This document shows, piece after piece, positions 44,784 to 56,019 of a DNA stretch of 64,000 nt (within the stretch, counting starts at the first letter, position 1; the number at the start of each line of letters is the position of its first letter). The stretch spans positions 1,812-65,811 of the forward strand of contig CAZZIN010000003.1 in the NCBI GenBank assembly GCA_964654425.1. The letters run 5' to 3'. The position numbers were made by a program, and so were the translations under genes. The notes under the pieces are model-generated. The model saw only the letters and a program-made list of their open reading frames with translations. It did not search any database and was not told the DNA's origin. This stretch comes from an uncultured Clavibacter sp. (lineage in GTDB: Bacteria; Actinomycetota; Actinomycetes; Nanopelagicales; Nanopelagicaceae).

Positions 44784-45863
44784 ATGGCATCAGTCGTCTT
44801 TAAAGATGCATCTCGCATCTATCCCGGAACTGCGGCACCTGCAGTCGATAAATTAAATCTAACAGTCAATGATGGCGAGTTCTTAGTGCTCGTCGGACCA
44901 TCTGGTTGCGGAAAGTCAACATCACTTCGCATGCTTGCTGGGTTGGAAGAGATTGATAATGGTGCGATCTTCATCGGAGATCGCGATGTAACAAATGTGG
45001 CGCCAAAGGATCGAGATATCGCGATGGTATTCCAGTCATACGCGCTCTATCCTCATATGACAGTTGCGGAGAATATGGGATTCGCGCTAAAAATCGCGGG
45101 CGTTGCAAAAGAAGAACGCGAACGGCGAGTGTTGGAAGCTGCAAAACTTCTTGATCTTGAACCATACTTAGAGCGTAAGCCGAAGGCGCTTTCAGGCGGT
45201 CAGCGTCAGCGCGTAGCTATGGGCCGCGCGATTGTGCGTGAACCACAAGTCTTCTTGATGGATGAGCCACTCTCAAACCTTGATGCAAAACTTCGCGTTG
45301 CAACTCGTACCCAAATCGCCGCGCTGCAGCGCCGTTTGGGAATCACAACGGTTTATGTGACCCACGACCAAGTTGAGGCTATGACAATGGGTGACCGTGT
45401 TGCTGTGTTAAAAGATGGCTTGCTACAACAAGTTGATACGCCTAGAAATCTTTATGACACTCCAGCAAATGCTTTCGTCGCCGGCTTCATTGGCTCACCT
45501 GCTATGAATCTTCTGATTGCTCCGGTATCTGGTGGCAAGGCAAAGCTGGGTCATCTTGATGTTGATGTTCCTGCTTCTGCAGGAAGCTCGGTAATCGTAG
45601 GAGTTCGACCTGAAGGATTTGAGCCGGCGTCAAAGGGATTCGAAGTTCAAGTAGAAGTTGTCGAAGAACTTGGTGCAGATGCATTCGTCTATGGAAAGCC
45701 GCTTGATTCAGCGGTGAAGTTCAACAATGCAAGCGATGAAGGCGCTCAAGTCATCGTCCGCTGGGATCCAAAGAATCCACCAAAAGCTGGCCAATCAGTC
45801 ACAGTTGCAGCTAAGAAAGATGCAGTCCACTTGTTTGATGCCCAGTCCGGAGTTCGAATCTAG
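44784..45863 (+). CDS. msiK: orphan carbohydrate ABC transporter ATP-binding protein (MsiK/UgpC/MalK type)
   Basis: GPSGCGKST, LSGGQRQR, FLMDEPLSNLDA, and a C-terminal TOBE-like domain. There are no adjacent permease genes. Confidence 0.85.
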   Translation: MASVVFKDASRIYPGTAAPAVDKLNLTVNDGEFLVLVGPSGCGKSTSLRMLAGLEEIDNGAIFIGDRDVTNVAPKDRDIAMVFQSYALYPHMTVAENMGFALKIAGVAKEERERRVLEAAKLLDLEPYLERKPKALSGGQRQRVAMGRAIVREPQVFLMDEPLSNLDAKLRVATRTQIAALQRRLGITTVYVTHDQVEAMTMGDRVAVLKDGLLQQVDTPRNLYDTPANAFVAGFIGSPAMNLLIAPVSGGKAKLGHLDVDVPASAGSSVIVGVRPEGFEPASKGFEVQVEVVEELGADAFVYGKPLDSAVKFNNASDEGAQVIVRWDPKNPPKAGQSVTVAAKKDAVHLFDAQSGVRI

Positions 45864-45877
45864 GCATTGCAGAATGC

Positions 45878-45907
45878 AAAAAGCCCCCGATAATCGGGGG
45901 CTTTTTT
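45878..45907. terminator. bidirectional rho-independent terminator between msiK and icd
   Basis: AAAAA-GCCCCCG-ATAAT-CGGGGGC-TTTTTT, read directly. Confidence 0.85.
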
Positions 45908-45924
45908 GCTTTTACGGTTATCTT

Positions 45925-47139
45925 CTACTTCATCGCTTTTTTTAGATTCTCATCGATTGCTGCCAAGAACTCTTGGGTGTTTAGCCAGGGCGCATCCTTG
46001 CTGATCAATAGCGCAAGATCCTTAGTCATCTTGCCGCTCTCGACCGTCTCAATACATACGCGCTCAAGAGTCGAGGCAAAGTTTGCTAGTTCTGGGGTGT
46101 TATCCAACTTGGCGCGATGTTGTAGACCTTGAGTCCACGCGAAGATCGAGGCAATCGGATTTGTTGAAGTTGCCTTTCCGGCTTGATGGTCACGGTAGTG
46201 ACGTGTAACAGTTCCGTGAGCAGCCTCAGCTTCGACAGTCTTGCCATCTGGTGTCATAAGAACTGAGGTCATCAAACCAAGTGAGCCATAACCTTGGGCG
46301 ACGGTATCGCTCTGGACATCGCCATCGTAATTCTTACAAGCCCAGATATAACCACCCTCCCAGCGAAGTGAGGTAGCGACCATGTCATCGATTAAGCGAT
46401 GGTCATACTCAAGTCCATGCTTTGCAAACTCATCTTTAAATTCACTTTCGAATATCTCAGCAAAGATATCTTTGAATCGTCCATCGTATGCCTTCAAGAT
46501 CGTATTCTTAGTAGATAAGAAGACTGGATACTTTCGTACCAAACCGTAATTGAATGAAGCACGTGCAAAGTCACGGATAGATTCATCTAAGTTATACATA
46601 GTCATGGCAACACCAGAACCAGGGAAATCAAAGACATTGAACTCCATCGGCTTTGATCCATCAGTAGGCGTAAATGTGACGGTGAGTTTTCCTGGGCCAG
46701 GAACCTTGAAATCTGTGGCGCGGTATTGGTCACCAAATGCGTGGCGGCCAATGACTATCGGCTTGCTCCAGTGAGGAATCAACCTAGGGACATTCTTGAT
46801 GATGATTGGTTCACGGAAAATTACACCGCCGAGAATGTTGCGAATAGTTCCATTCGGTGACTTCCACATCTGCTTGAGATTAAACTCCTTAACGCGGGCT
46901 TCATCAGGAGTGATGGTCGCGCATTTAACGCCTACACCGTGCTTCTTGATTGCATTTGCGCAATCGATAGTTACCTGGTCATTAGTGGCGTCTCGGTACT
47001 CGATTCCGAGGTCGTAGTACTCAAGGTTTATGTCTAGATAAGGAAGTATCAATTGCATCTTGATGAAGTCCCAGATTATGCGGGTCATCTCATCGCCATC
47101 AAGCTCGACTACTGTTCCTTGTACTTTGATCTTTGACAT
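45925..47139 (-). CDS. icd: NADP-dependent isocitrate dehydrogenase (eukaryote-like subfamily II, about 404 aa)
   Basis: [24 protein letters not shown]-terminus and GTVTRHYR, typical of IDH1-like / mycobacterial ICD1 enzymes. Confidence 0.95.
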   Translation of the reverse strand: MSKIKVQGTVVELDGDEMTRIIWDFIKMQLILPYLDINLEYYDLGIEYRDATNDQVTIDCANAIKKHGVGVKCATITPDEARVKEFNLKQMWKSPNGTIRNILGGVIFREPIIIKNVPRLIPHWSKPIVIGRHAFGDQYRATDFKVPGPGKLTVTFTPTDGSKPMEFNVFDFPGSGVAMTMYNLDESIRDFARASFNYGLVRKYPVFLSTKNTILKAYDGRFKDIFAEIFESEFKDEFAKHGLEYDHRLIDDMVATSLRWEGGYIWACKNYDGDVQSDTVAQGYGSLGLMTSVLMTPDGKTVEAEAAHGTVTRHYRDHQAGKATSTNPIASIFAWTQGLQHRAKLDNTPELANFASTLERVCIETVESGKMTKDLALLISKDAPWLNTQEFLAAIDENLKKAMK

Positions 47140-47149
47140 AACTTCCTCT

Positions 47150-48106
47150 CTAGAGATCCTTCACATCTGCTTGTTTGGAACGGACTGCTTCTGCGGCTTT
47201 TTTTAACTCTTCTAACTCTTGAGCTGAAAGCGCACCTTCCACAACCTTATTTACGCCGGCTCTTCCAATCTCAGCTTCAACACCTAGATAAACACCGCTA
47301 ATTCCGTATTCACCAGTCACCCAAGCACATACCGGCATAACTTCGCGAGAGTCAGTTATGACTGCGCGCGCCATTCTTGCAGCAGCTGCAGAGGGAGCGT
47401 AATAAGCAGAACCGGTCTTGAGTAGTGCAACGATTTCTGCTCCGCCATTTCTCGTACGAGTCACTAACTCGTCAATCTCTGCTCCACTCAATAGTTCGCT
47501 TAGTTGCTTTCCATTAACAGTGCAACGACTCGGGACCGGGACCATCGTTTCGCCATGAGAGCCAAGAGTTAGCGTCTTAACAGATGCGACGGGTACATTT
47601 AACTTCTCAGCAACGAAGTGGGTGAACCGCGCAGTGTCAAGCATTCCTGCCTGACCCATTACTCGATTATGTGGAAACTTTGAGGCGATTTGAGCAAGAG
47701 CTGTCATCTCATCTAGCGGATTTGAAACGACAATCAAGACCGCATTCGGAGAATGTTTTGCAATGTTCTCAGCAACACCACGAACTATGCCCGCATTCAC
47801 TCCAATCAAATCCATCCTACTCATGCCTGGTTTGCGCGGAAGTCCTGCGGTAATTACTACGACATCCGAATTTGCTGTCGCTTCATATCCGGCGCCCTCT
47901 GCGGTGGTGGACTTGCCAACTAACTTGGTCTCAAAACCTTCGATGGAGCGAGATTGATTTATATCAAGTGCAATGCCTTCAGGCTTACCTTCGACGATAT
48001 CGGTCAATACAACAGTCTCAAAGATGTCGTACTCGGCTAAGCGCAGCGCTGTGGTTGAACCATAAAAACCTGCGCCAACAACAGTGACTTTCCCAGTTCT
48101 ACTCAT
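47150..48106 (-). CDS. mdh: malate dehydrogenase (LDH-like type)
   Basis: VVGAGFYGS Rossmann fold, [14 protein letters not shown] (Arg specificity residue) and GSHGE. Confidence 0.9.
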   Translation of the reverse strand: MSRTGKVTVVGAGFYGSTTALRLAEYDIFETVVLTDIVEGKPEGIALDINQSRSIEGFETKLVGKSTTAEGAGYEATANSDVVVITAGLPRKPGMSRMDLIGVNAGIVRGVAENIAKHSPNAVLIVVSNPLDEMTALAQIASKFPHNRVMGQAGMLDTARFTHFVAEKLNVPVASVKTLTLGSHGETMVPVPSRCTVNGKQLSELLSGAEIDELVTRTRNGGAEIVALLKTGSAYYAPSAAAARMARAVITDSREVMPVCAWVTGEYGISGVYLGVEAEIGRAGVNKVVEGALSAQELEELKKAAEAVRSKQADVKDL

Positions 48107-48124
48107 AGCGGGAGAACCTACCGG

Positions 48125-48331
48125 CTACCTCCGTGGGAGCGCCAATGCAACTGTAATCAGCGACACAATGAGAAGTATCGGCACGATTAGATCCATCTTT
48201 CGTTGATTTCGCACCATTGGAAATGAGTAGATGGCTAGCGCGGCTGCCAAGGTTATAGCGCCAATGCGAACTGAATTGATTGCCGCTATCGCAACCGATA
48301 AGAGAGCGATTAATAGGGCGATGCGTTTCAA
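48125..48331 (-). CDS. small 2-TM membrane protein (DUF3017-like)
   Basis: 68-aa hydrophobic ORF. ATGA overlap with the folD stop; this position downstream of folD is conserved in Actinobacteria. Confidence 0.55.
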   Translation of the reverse strand: MKRIALLIALLSVAIAAINSVRIGAITLAAALAIYSFPMVRNQRKMDLIVPILLIVSLITVALALPRR

Positions 48332-49161
48332 GCCCGCAAGCCAATCTCAAGAACATTTTGAAGCAACATTGCGCGCGTAAGCGGGCCAACACCCCCGGGG
48401 ACTGGTGAATAGGCTGCCACAAATTCATGAACTTCAGGACTCACATCACCAAGTAATTTCTCGCCCACTCTTGTTAGACCAACATCAATAACTGTTGTCT
48501 TAGGTGAGACCATCTCTTTCTTTAAGAAATGTGCTTTACCAATTGCTGCAATCACTATATGTGCACGTTTTGTAAGTTCAGAGAGATTCTTAGTACCTGT
48601 ATGAGTAAGAGTCACAGTTGAGTTAACACTTCTTTGGGTTAGCAATAAACCAAGCGGGCGACCCACAGTTGTACCTCGTCCGATCACTACGACTTCTTTC
48701 CCCTCCCAGGAAATTGCATTTTTTGAGACCAATTCGATTATCGCCTTCGGAGTGCAGGGGAAAATTGATTTTTGATTTAATACCAACTTGCCTAGATTTA
48801 ATGGGTGAAGGCCATCAGCATCTTTCTTTGGATCAATAGCTTCAAGAACTCTTTCTAAATTAACATTGCTAGGGAGCGGTAGTTGAACGATAAATCCGGT
48901 GCACTTCGGATCTCTATTCAAGGTATCGATTGAATTGAGAATTTCTGATTCACTAGCCGTGATTGGAAGATCAATTCTTATCGAGTTGATACCTACGTCG
49001 GCGCAATCTCTATGTTTTCCAGCAACATAAGCGCGCGAGCCAGGGTCCTCGCCTACAAGTATCGTCCCTAGTCCTAGTTGTAAACCTTTTTCTTTGACCT
49101 GCTTTGAGATTTCTACCTTGATCTCACTCGCCGCTTTGCGACCATCAAGGATTATTGCCAT
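48328..49161 (-). CDS. folD: bifunctional methylenetetrahydrofolate dehydrogenase/cyclohydrolase
   Basis: ILVGEDPGSRAYV, VQLPLP, GRGTTVGRP and PVPGGVGP motifs. Confidence 0.95.
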   Translation of the reverse strand: MAIILDGRKAASEIKVEISKQVKEKGLQLGLGTILVGEDPGSRAYVAGKHRDCADVGINSIRIDLPITASESEILNSIDTLNRDPKCTGFIVQLPLPSNVNLERVLEAIDPKKDADGLHPLNLGKLVLNQKSIFPCTPKAIIELVSKNAISWEGKEVVVIGRGTTVGRPLGLLLTQRSVNSTVTLTHTGTKNLSELTKRAHIVIAAIGKAHFLKKEMVSPKTTVIDVGLTRVGEKLLGDVSPEVHEFVAAYSPVPGGVGPLTRAMLLQNVLEIGLRA

Positions 49162-49170
49162 GCACGAATT

Positions 49171-50586
49171 CTAGTTATGCGAGAAGTGTCGCTTAGCCGC
49201 GAAGTAAAGCGTAATCTGAAGTTTTTTTGCTGCTGCTATTACTTCCTCATCTCGAATCGAGCCGTCCGGGGCAACTATGGCCTGGACACCAGCTTTTGCG
49301 AGAATCTCAAGGCCATCGGCAAAAGGGAAAAAGCCATCACTTGCCGCAACAGCTCCGTTAGAACGTATCGCCGCCCTTGTGACTGCGTTCTTTGCTGCAG
49401 CTACCCTACTTACTTCTCCCATTCCAATTCCGATAGTTGCAAGATCTCTTGCAATCACTATCGCGTTGCTTCTCGTCCGCGAGACACAACGCCAAGCGAA
49501 CTCTAGGTCAGCTCGAATTTGCGGGATCACTTCTACTCCCGAAACTAATCTCCAAGATTCACTGCCTTCGATTACATCGATATCTTGAAAAAGAAATCCG
49601 CCGTTTATCTCACGGATGGATTGTGATTTCTCTAATCGGCTTTCAAGTTTTAGGGCTCGCAACTTCTTACGCTTGCCGAGTTCCGATAGAGCCTCGCTCG
49701 TGAAATTTGGGGCGACTAGCACTTCATAGAAGCCTGAGCTGATCTTCTTAGCTAACTCCAAGTCAACTTCAAAGTTTGTTGCAATGACCCCTCCAAAAGC
49801 TGAGGACTCATCTGAGGCTAGGGCTTTTTCAAATGACTTGAGCGAATCCGCATCACTGCCAACTCCGCATGGCATACCATGCTTAACAATCACGCTCGTA
49901 TTGAGCGCATGATCTTTTGCGATTAATGTCGCACAATCAATGTCAAGATAATTATTGAACGAAGGCTGTGCGCCTAGAACCAACTTCGCTCCCGCTACTC
50001 CCTTCGATCCCACGATAGAACCATGCTGATGTGGATTCTCGCCGTAACGAAGTGGATTTGAAAGGTCCTGCAATATCGCCAAGTCATAACGAGCAGTAGC
50101 CTCAATAGCCGCAATTGCAAGTTCTCTGCGAGATTCCTCGGTCAGGCCTTCGCTGAGCGAATCTATGAAGGATGGATATTGAGAAGGATCGGTAAGTACA
50201 GCGACGTGCTTATGATTCTTTGCTGCTGCCCTAATAAGGGCTGGACCTCCGATATCGAATTTCACTTGTCCGTAAAGGTTTACCACTACGATCTCAATCG
50301 GCCGAACTCCTAGGCGCTCCGACTCTAATCGGTGGTTAACGTCGTTTCGATCGAAGAGGATTGAGCCATGAATCATTGGATGAAGGGTTTTTACGCGACC
50401 ATCAAAGATTTCATCAGCTCCCGTGAATACACTGATTTGCTCGGACTTAATCCCGCATTCGGTTAGAAACTTGAATGTTCCATCAGACGCCAGAATCTTA
50501 AATCCGAATTTGATTAGAGCTTTTGCAAGATCCTCAATGCCACTCTTATCTGAGACCGAGATTAGCGCCCACTTTTCATTGAGCAT
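49171..50586 (-). CDS. purH: bifunctional AICAR transformylase / IMP cyclohydrolase (shortened form, 471 aa)
   Basis: ALISVSDKSG, GRVKTLHP, DIGGPALIRAAAKN, RYGENPHQ and VKHGMPCG motifs. Confidence 0.9.
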   Translation of the reverse strand: MLNEKWALISVSDKSGIEDLAKALIKFGFKILASDGTFKFLTECGIKSEQISVFTGADEIFDGRVKTLHPMIHGSILFDRNDVNHRLESERLGVRPIEIVVVNLYGQVKFDIGGPALIRAAAKNHKHVAVLTDPSQYPSFIDSLSEGLTEESRRELAIAAIEATARYDLAILQDLSNPLRYGENPHQHGSIVGSKGVAGAKLVLGAQPSFNNYLDIDCATLIAKDHALNTSVIVKHGMPCGVGSDADSLKSFEKALASDESSAFGGVIATNFEVDLELAKKISSGFYEVLVAPNFTSEALSELGKRKKLRALKLESRLEKSQSIREINGGFLFQDIDVIEGSESWRLVSGVEVIPQIRADLEFAWRCVSRTRSNAIVIARDLATIGIGMGEVSRVAAAKNAVTRAAIRSNGAVAASDGFFPFADGLEILAKAGVQAIVAPDGSIRDEEVIAAAKKLQITLYFAAKRHFSHN

Positions 50587-51712
50587 TACGAGACCTGATT
50601 TTTGCTATTGCCCTTGGGGTTGCAATATAAAGAAAACCACCAATAAATATCTCTAAGGTGACCACTATTGGTAGCGCCCACCATATCGGCCCGACTGAGG
50701 CAAGGTTGGAAGATAAGAGTTCGCCGCTACTAATTCGTGCGATAAACATCATAAGCAAAAAGATAAACAGCGCGAAGGAGAGATAGAAACGTTTTACTTC
50801 TATCTCATCTCGATAGGTCCGACCACCGTAGTTAGCCGCAAATGCTCCGAGTGCACATATCGAAAGCACAATTAGGGCTATGAAGAGATGATTTCTGGTT
50901 GGAAGCGCACCAAGAATCGGAATTGCTGGGATTTCATCAATGCGATGAACAAAGGGTGAAAGCAGAGAACCGGCTCCTATACTCAGACCACTTCCTGCAA
51001 CATAGCTAAGCGCCGAGACTGCAATATTTGGAATATAAAGGATCTGGCCTAGTAAAAGGACAACCCCACCAAAGATTCCTGGTTCAACAACTCTTGTAAG
51101 GTTAACAACAACGTTAAAGTGATAAAGAAGTGAGAGTGCAACCACTAGAGAGCCAATTCCTATCATGGCAACAGTCATTATCCAAGCGAGGCGAAGTGCG
51201 CGCTGCCAAGGGAATTGAAGTTTGTGATTCGGGAGCATTCCACTAACTATGAAGATTGAGGTAGCTGAAACAAGAAAAAGTGCTGGGAGAGCAATATAGA
51301 AGGGCGCCTTAACTGTGCCACCCAAGGTGGGAAGAGATAGGAGGTAGGAAATGAGTGAATAACTAATAGCGAGTGCAATTATGTAGCTTCGCTTCTCGCG
51401 ACCTTTGGGAACGCCCAAAGTCTCAATCATTCTCAAATAGCCGCTGCGCAGAGCAAAGAATGGAATAAGTAGCGCACCTATTGGCAGGAAAGTTAGTGAA
51501 CCAGAGGTAGTGCTATCCGAAAGAGATAGTTGAAGCGGAACTTGATGCGCGGCAAGAAAGAACCAGAGGGCTGCTCTTAGTGGGTCTGCTGTATTTCCTG
51601 AGGAACTTCCAGCGGTGGCCCACGCAACGAGAGTAATAAATGAAATTGGAAGGAGAATTAGCGTGATGCTTCGAATCCCTTGTTGAAAACCAACTCGGAG
51701 AATTCGATTCAT
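50576..51712 (-). CDS. polytopic membrane protein, PerM (DUF6350)-like
   Basis: About 10 TM segments. The position between sucD and purH corresponds to the mycobacterial perM locus. Confidence 0.55.
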   Translation of the reverse strand: MNRILRVGFQQGIRSITLILLPISFITLVAWATAGSSSGNTADPLRAALWFFLAAHQVPLQLSLSDSTTSGSLTFLPIGALLIPFFALRSGYLRMIETLGVPKGREKRSYIIALAISYSLISYLLSLPTLGGTVKAPFYIALPALFLVSATSIFIVSGMLPNHKLQFPWQRALRLAWIMTVAMIGIGSLVVALSLLYHFNVVVNLTRVVEPGIFGGVVLLLGQILYIPNIAVSALSYVAGSGLSIGAGSLLSPFVHRIDEIPAIPILGALPTRNHLFIALIVLSICALGAFAANYGGRTYRDEIEVKRFYLSFALFIFLLMMFIARISSGELLSSNLASVGPIWWALPIVVTLEIFIGGFLYIATPRAIAKIRSRNAQ

Positions 51713-51728
51713 TCGATCTCTAATCGAA

Positions 51729-52613
51729 TTACTTGGCGCTTATTAATTCGCGCAGAAGTCTTGCGGTTTCACTTGGGGTCTTACCAACTTTTACACCAGC
51801 GGCTTCGAGCGCCTCTTTCTTAGCTTGTGCTGTCCCTGATGAGCCCGAAACTATCGCGCCAGCGTGACCCATTGTCTTGCCTTCTGGGGCCGTGAAGCCT
51901 GCTACATAACCAACAACAGGCTTTGTCACATACTCCTTGATAAAGGCTGCAGCACGTTCTTCGGCATCGCCACCAATTTCACCAATCATCACTATTGCCT
52001 CAGTTTTGGGATCATCCTGGAAGGCACGTAAACAATCGATATGGGTTGTACCGATTATTGGGTCGCCGCCAATTCCGACTGCGGTGGTGAATCCGATATC
52101 CCTTAATTCATACATCATCTGATATGTGAGAGTTCCTGACTTTGAGACCAATCCAATCTTTCCTGCGCCCGTGATGTCTGCCGGAGTTATGCCTATGTTG
52201 CTCTTTCCCGGAGAAATTAATCCTGGGCAATTTGGGCCAATGATTCGAGTGGTGCCTTTGGATTGGGAGTAAGCAAAGAATGCCGCAGTGTCATGGACTG
52301 GGATACCTTCCGTAATAACAACGACCAGCGGGAGCTGGGCATCAATCGCGTCAATCACAGCAGCTTTGGCAAATTTCGGTGGTACGAATACGACCGAGGC
52401 ATTTGCTCCAGTTGCATCAACCGCTTCGCGGACTGTGTTGAAGACAGGCAGTTGCTTTCCTTCAATCTCGACTACTTGTCCGCCCTTACCAGGCGTTACT
52501 CCCGCAACAATCTTCGTTCCACTAGCAATCATTCGCTTCGTATGTTTCGTTCCTTCTGAGCCCGTCATTCCTTGGACTATTACTTTGGTGCTATCGTCAA
52601 TAAAAATTGTCAT
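51729..52613 (-). CDS. sucD: succinate--CoA ligase subunit alpha
   Basis: [17 protein letters not shown] and MGHAGA (phosphohistidine loop). Confidence 0.95.
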   Translation of the reverse strand: MTIFIDDSTKVIVQGMTGSEGTKHTKRMIASGTKIVAGVTPGKGGQVVEIEGKQLPVFNTVREAVDATGANASVVFVPPKFAKAAVIDAIDAQLPLVVVITEGIPVHDTAAFFAYSQSKGTTRIIGPNCPGLISPGKSNIGITPADITGAGKIGLVSKSGTLTYQMMYELRDIGFTTAVGIGGDPIIGTTHIDCLRAFQDDPKTEAIVMIGEIGGDAEERAAAFIKEYVTKPVVGYVAGFTAPEGKTMGHAGAIVSGSSGTAQAKKEALEAAGVKVGKTPSETARLLRELISAK

Positions 52614-53773
52614 CGCTGTGCCGCCAATTCAGCAGCTCGCGCTGCAGCTCCATCCATTGTGTCGAGTTGTTCGACGAGCGGATGCTTCGCTTCATTGAGG
52701 ATTCTTCTTCCTTCAATAACATTATTTCCATCAAGACGAACTACGAGTGGCTTGGTTGCTTTATCACCGAGCATTCCAAGTGCTTGGATGATTCCATTTG
52801 CGACAGCGTCGCATGCTGTGATTCCACCAAAGACATTTACGAATACTGAACGGACGGCTGGGTCGCCCAGAATTATAGAAAGACCATCGGCCATAACTTG
52901 AGCTGAGGCGCCACCGCCAATATCGAGGAAGTTTGCTGGTTTTACGCCGTACTTCTCTCCCGCATAAGCAACTACATCAAGTGTGCTCATGACCAATCCA
53001 GCGCCATTTCCAATCACTCCGACTTCGCCATCAAGCTTTACGTAATTTAGATCCTTTTCTTTTGCGAGCGCTTCGAGTGGATTTGTGGCTGCGTGATCAA
53101 TCAATGCTTCATAATCCGGGTGACGATATGCCGCGTTATCATCTAATGTGACTTTTCCGTCAAGTGCAATTATCTTTCCATCGGAAGTCTTAACGAGTGG
53201 ATTTACTTCTACAAGAGTTGCATCAGATTCTTGGAATGTCTTCCATAACAAAACTAATACATCCGCGACTTTTTCTATTACAACTTCAGGGAATGCTCCC
53301 TTCCGAATTATTTCAATCGCGCTTGCTTTATCTAAACCATTATTTGCGTCGATATGAACTCGAGCAAGTTTTTCTGGGGTCTTATGTGCAACTTCTTCGA
53401 TATCCATTCCACCAGCAACTGAGGCCATTACAAGAAAGGAACGTGCGGCGCGGTCTAGCAATATCGCTAAGTAATACTCACTCTCAATTGGGGCGGCTTG
53501 GGCGATCATCACCTTTCGGACAATGTGACCTTTGATGTCCATTCCCAAAATTGCCTTAGCTTTTTCGAAAGCATCTTCTGGATTTTCGGCAAGCTTTACA
53601 CCACCGGCTTTTCCACGGCCACCAATCTTTACTTGCGCCTTTACAACAACTCTCCCGCCAAGTCGTTGCGCTGCAGATCGCGCTTCTTCTGGGGTTGTGG
53701 CAACTGCTCCACCAAGGACTGGGACGCCTTTTGCTTCAAATAGATCTCGGGCCTGATATTCAAATAGGTCCAT
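52610..53773 (-). CDS. sucC: succinate--CoA ligase subunit beta
   Basis: [13 protein letters not shown]-terminus, ATP-grasp fold, GGITACD motif. ATGA overlap with sucD. Confidence 0.95.
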   Translation of the reverse strand: MDLFEYQARDLFEAKGVPVLGGAVATTPEEARSAAQRLGGRVVVKAQVKIGGRGKAGGVKLAENPEDAFEKAKAILGMDIKGHIVRKVMIAQAAPIESEYYLAILLDRAARSFLVMASVAGGMDIEEVAHKTPEKLARVHIDANNGLDKASAIEIIRKGAFPEVVIEKVADVLVLLWKTFQESDATLVEVNPLVKTSDGKIIALDGKVTLDDNAAYRHPDYEALIDHAATNPLEALAKEKDLNYVKLDGEVGVIGNGAGLVMSTLDVVAYAGEKYGVKPANFLDIGGGASAQVMADGLSIILGDPAVRSVFVNVFGGITACDAVANGIIQALGMLGDKATKPLVVRLDGNNVIEGRRILNEAKHPLVEQLDTMDGAAARAAELAAQR

Positions 53774-53776
53774 AGG

Positions 53777-55996
53777 TCATAACTTATCTACTGGGGCATA
53801 GCGGAGCAACAATCGCTTCTCGCCATAGCTTCCAAAATTAATGGTTGCTTCGGCCTTTTCTCCCTCACCTGAGACTGCAATCACAGTCCCTAAACCAAAT
53901 GTGTCATGTGAGACGCGATCGCCAATTGAAAGTTGCAGGCTTGAACTCTGCTTGCCAGTTGCTCTTGGTGGCGGAGGTGATGAGAACCGCTTTCGCGTTA
54001 TAGGTGGAGTCGTGAAGCCACTTTCTGACTTATTCCAATCGATGAGATTTTCCGGAATTTCATCTAGAAATCTTGAAGGTGGGTTGTAATTAGGTGCGCC
54101 CCAGGCAGATCGATATTCAGCTCTCGAGAGATAGAGTCGTTCGCGCGCTCTTGTTAGGCCGACATATGCCAATCTTCTCTCTTCCTCGAGTTCATTCTTT
54201 TCACCCAAAGTACGTGAATGTGGGAAAACTCCTTCTTCCATTCCAGTGAGAAATACTGTTGGGAATTCAAGACCTTTGGCAGTATGCAAAGTCATCAGCG
54301 TCACTACACCACCATGATCATCGCCCTCGGGAATCTCATCTGCATCAGCCACAAGTGACACTTCCTCTAAAAATGCGGCAAGTGTAGGAGTCTCTCCTTC
54401 ACTTATCGCTCGCTCCTCGTATTCCTCTATTACAGCAACCATTTCCTCAAGATTCTCAACTCGCACCTCATCTTGGGGATCATGACTTGCGCGCAACTCC
54501 TCGAGTAGCCCTGATTGTTCGAGGATTGCTGCTGCGATTGTTGAGGGTGGGCGATTTGCTTCCACGAGAACCTGGAGCGCCACCAGCATCGAAACAAAAG
54601 CTTGGATAGAGGCATTTGCGCGGGGAGACAATTCGGTAGAAGAGCTCATTGAGAGCGCACTCCAGAACGATATGGAATCGCGCTTTGCCAAGCTATCTAT
54701 CGCATCCAATGCTCTATCCCCTATGCCGCGCTTTGGGGTATTTATGATTCTTCGAAGCGATACTTCATCATTCGGGTTTGCTAGAACGCGTAAATAAGCA
54801 AGTAAATCCTTGATCTCCTTCCGCTCATAGAACCTAACACCACCAACTACTTTGTAGGGAATAGTCGCGCGCATAAAGACTTCTTCGAAGACGCGCGACT
54901 GGGCATTCGTTCGATAGAAAATTGCAGTATCTCCGAACTTTGAAGTTCCGTCATTGCTCAACTTGAATAACTCATCTCGGACATATTCCGCCTCATGATG
55001 TTCGTTCTCAGCAACAAAACCAGTCAACTTCCTTCCGCTACCCGCATCAGACCAGAGATTCTTCTCCTTCCGAGATTCATTCTTTGAAATGACAGCATTA
55101 GCAGCGCTTAAGATATTTTGGGTGGAACGATAATTTTGTTCTAGCAATATGGTTGTGGCGTCTGGGTAATCCTCTTCAAATTGGAGGATATTTCGAATAG
55201 TTGCGCCTCGAAATCCATAGATTGATTGGTCGGCGTCTCCGACTACACATAGTTCGGCGGCCGGGATTCCATCTCTATCTGTTCCAACTAGCTCTCTGAT
55301 CAATATGTATTGAGCGTGGTTTGTGTCTTGGTATTCATCCACCAAGATGTGTTTGAAACGAGAGCGATATCGTGCTCGAGCATCTGGAAATTTCTGGAGG
55401 ACTTCTACAGTTTTCATTATCAAGTCATCGAAATCCATCGCGTTAGAACTAGTTAGTCTCTGTTGGTAAATCGCGTAAACTTCTGCGACAACTTCTTCGA
55501 AGTGATTCGTGGTGGCGTTTCGATAATCAGCAGGACCCAGAAGTTCATTCTTTGCATTTGAGATTAGCGCAGCTACTGCTCTTGGGTTGTAGCGTTTTTG
55601 ATCTAGGTTCAAATCTCGCATAACAAGGGTTACGAGTCGGACGCTATCTGCTTGATCGTAGATTGAGTATGAAGTTGAGAAGCCGAGTCTTGTGGCTTCT
55701 TGCCTAAGTATCCGGACACAGGCAGAGTGAAATGTTGAGACCCAAATCGCTTTTGCTCGCTTGCCGACGAGAGCTGCGACTCTTTCTTTCATCTCACCAG
55801 CAGCTTTATTTGTGAATGTGATGGCAAGAATTTCGAATGGTTCAACGCCACGCTCCGCGAGAAGATATGCGATTCTTCGAGTCAGTACGCGCGTTTTTCC
55901 CGAACCTGCGCCTGCAACGACTAAGAGAGGTCCACCTTGATGAGTGACTGCAGATTCTTGTTCAGGGTTTAACCCTTCAAGCAATCTGTTGGACAT
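53777..55996 (-). CDS. pcrA: ATP-dependent DNA helicase PcrA/UvrD (SF1)
   Basis: AGAGSGKT, VDEYQDTN, TLHTAKGLEF and VGLTRA helicase motifs, 739 aa. Confidence 0.9.
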   Translation of the reverse strand: MSNRLLEGLNPEQESAVTHQGGPLLVVAGAGSGKTRVLTRRIAYLLAERGVEPFEILAITFTNKAAGEMKERVAALVGKRAKAIWVSTFHSACVRILRQEATRLGFSTSYSIYDQADSVRLVTLVMRDLNLDQKRYNPRAVAALISNAKNELLGPADYRNATTNHFEEVVAEVYAIYQQRLTSSNAMDFDDLIMKTVEVLQKFPDARARYRSRFKHILVDEYQDTNHAQYILIRELVGTDRDGIPAAELCVVGDADQSIYGFRGATIRNILQFEEDYPDATTILLEQNYRSTQNILSAANAVISKNESRKEKNLWSDAGSGRKLTGFVAENEHHEAEYVRDELFKLSNDGTSKFGDTAIFYRTNAQSRVFEEVFMRATIPYKVVGGVRFYERKEIKDLLAYLRVLANPNDEVSLRRIINTPKRGIGDRALDAIDSLAKRDSISFWSALSMSSSTELSPRANASIQAFVSMLVALQVLVEANRPPSTIAAAILEQSGLLEELRASHDPQDEVRVENLEEMVAVIEEYEERAISEGETPTLAAFLEEVSLVADADEIPEGDDHGGVVTLMTLHTAKGLEFPTVFLTGMEEGVFPHSRTLGEKNELEEERRLAYVGLTRARERLYLSRAEYRSAWGAPNYNPPSRFLDEIPENLIDWNKSESGFTTPPITRKRFSSPPPPRATGKQSSSLQLSIGDRVSHDTFGLGTVIAVSGEGEKAEATINFGSYGEKRLLLRYAPVDKL

Positions 55997-56019
55997 ATAA
56001 ACAAGTCTAGAATACGGCG

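Noticed and set aside
49171-51712. purN is absent between perM and purH, and PurH is about 50 aa shorter than usual; for example LYPF...IDIGGP is shortened to LYGQVKFDIGGP.
   Set aside because: purN may simply be elsewhere in the genome. The key PurH motifs are intact, and the shortened loops fit general genome streamlining. Significance cannot be judged from this window.
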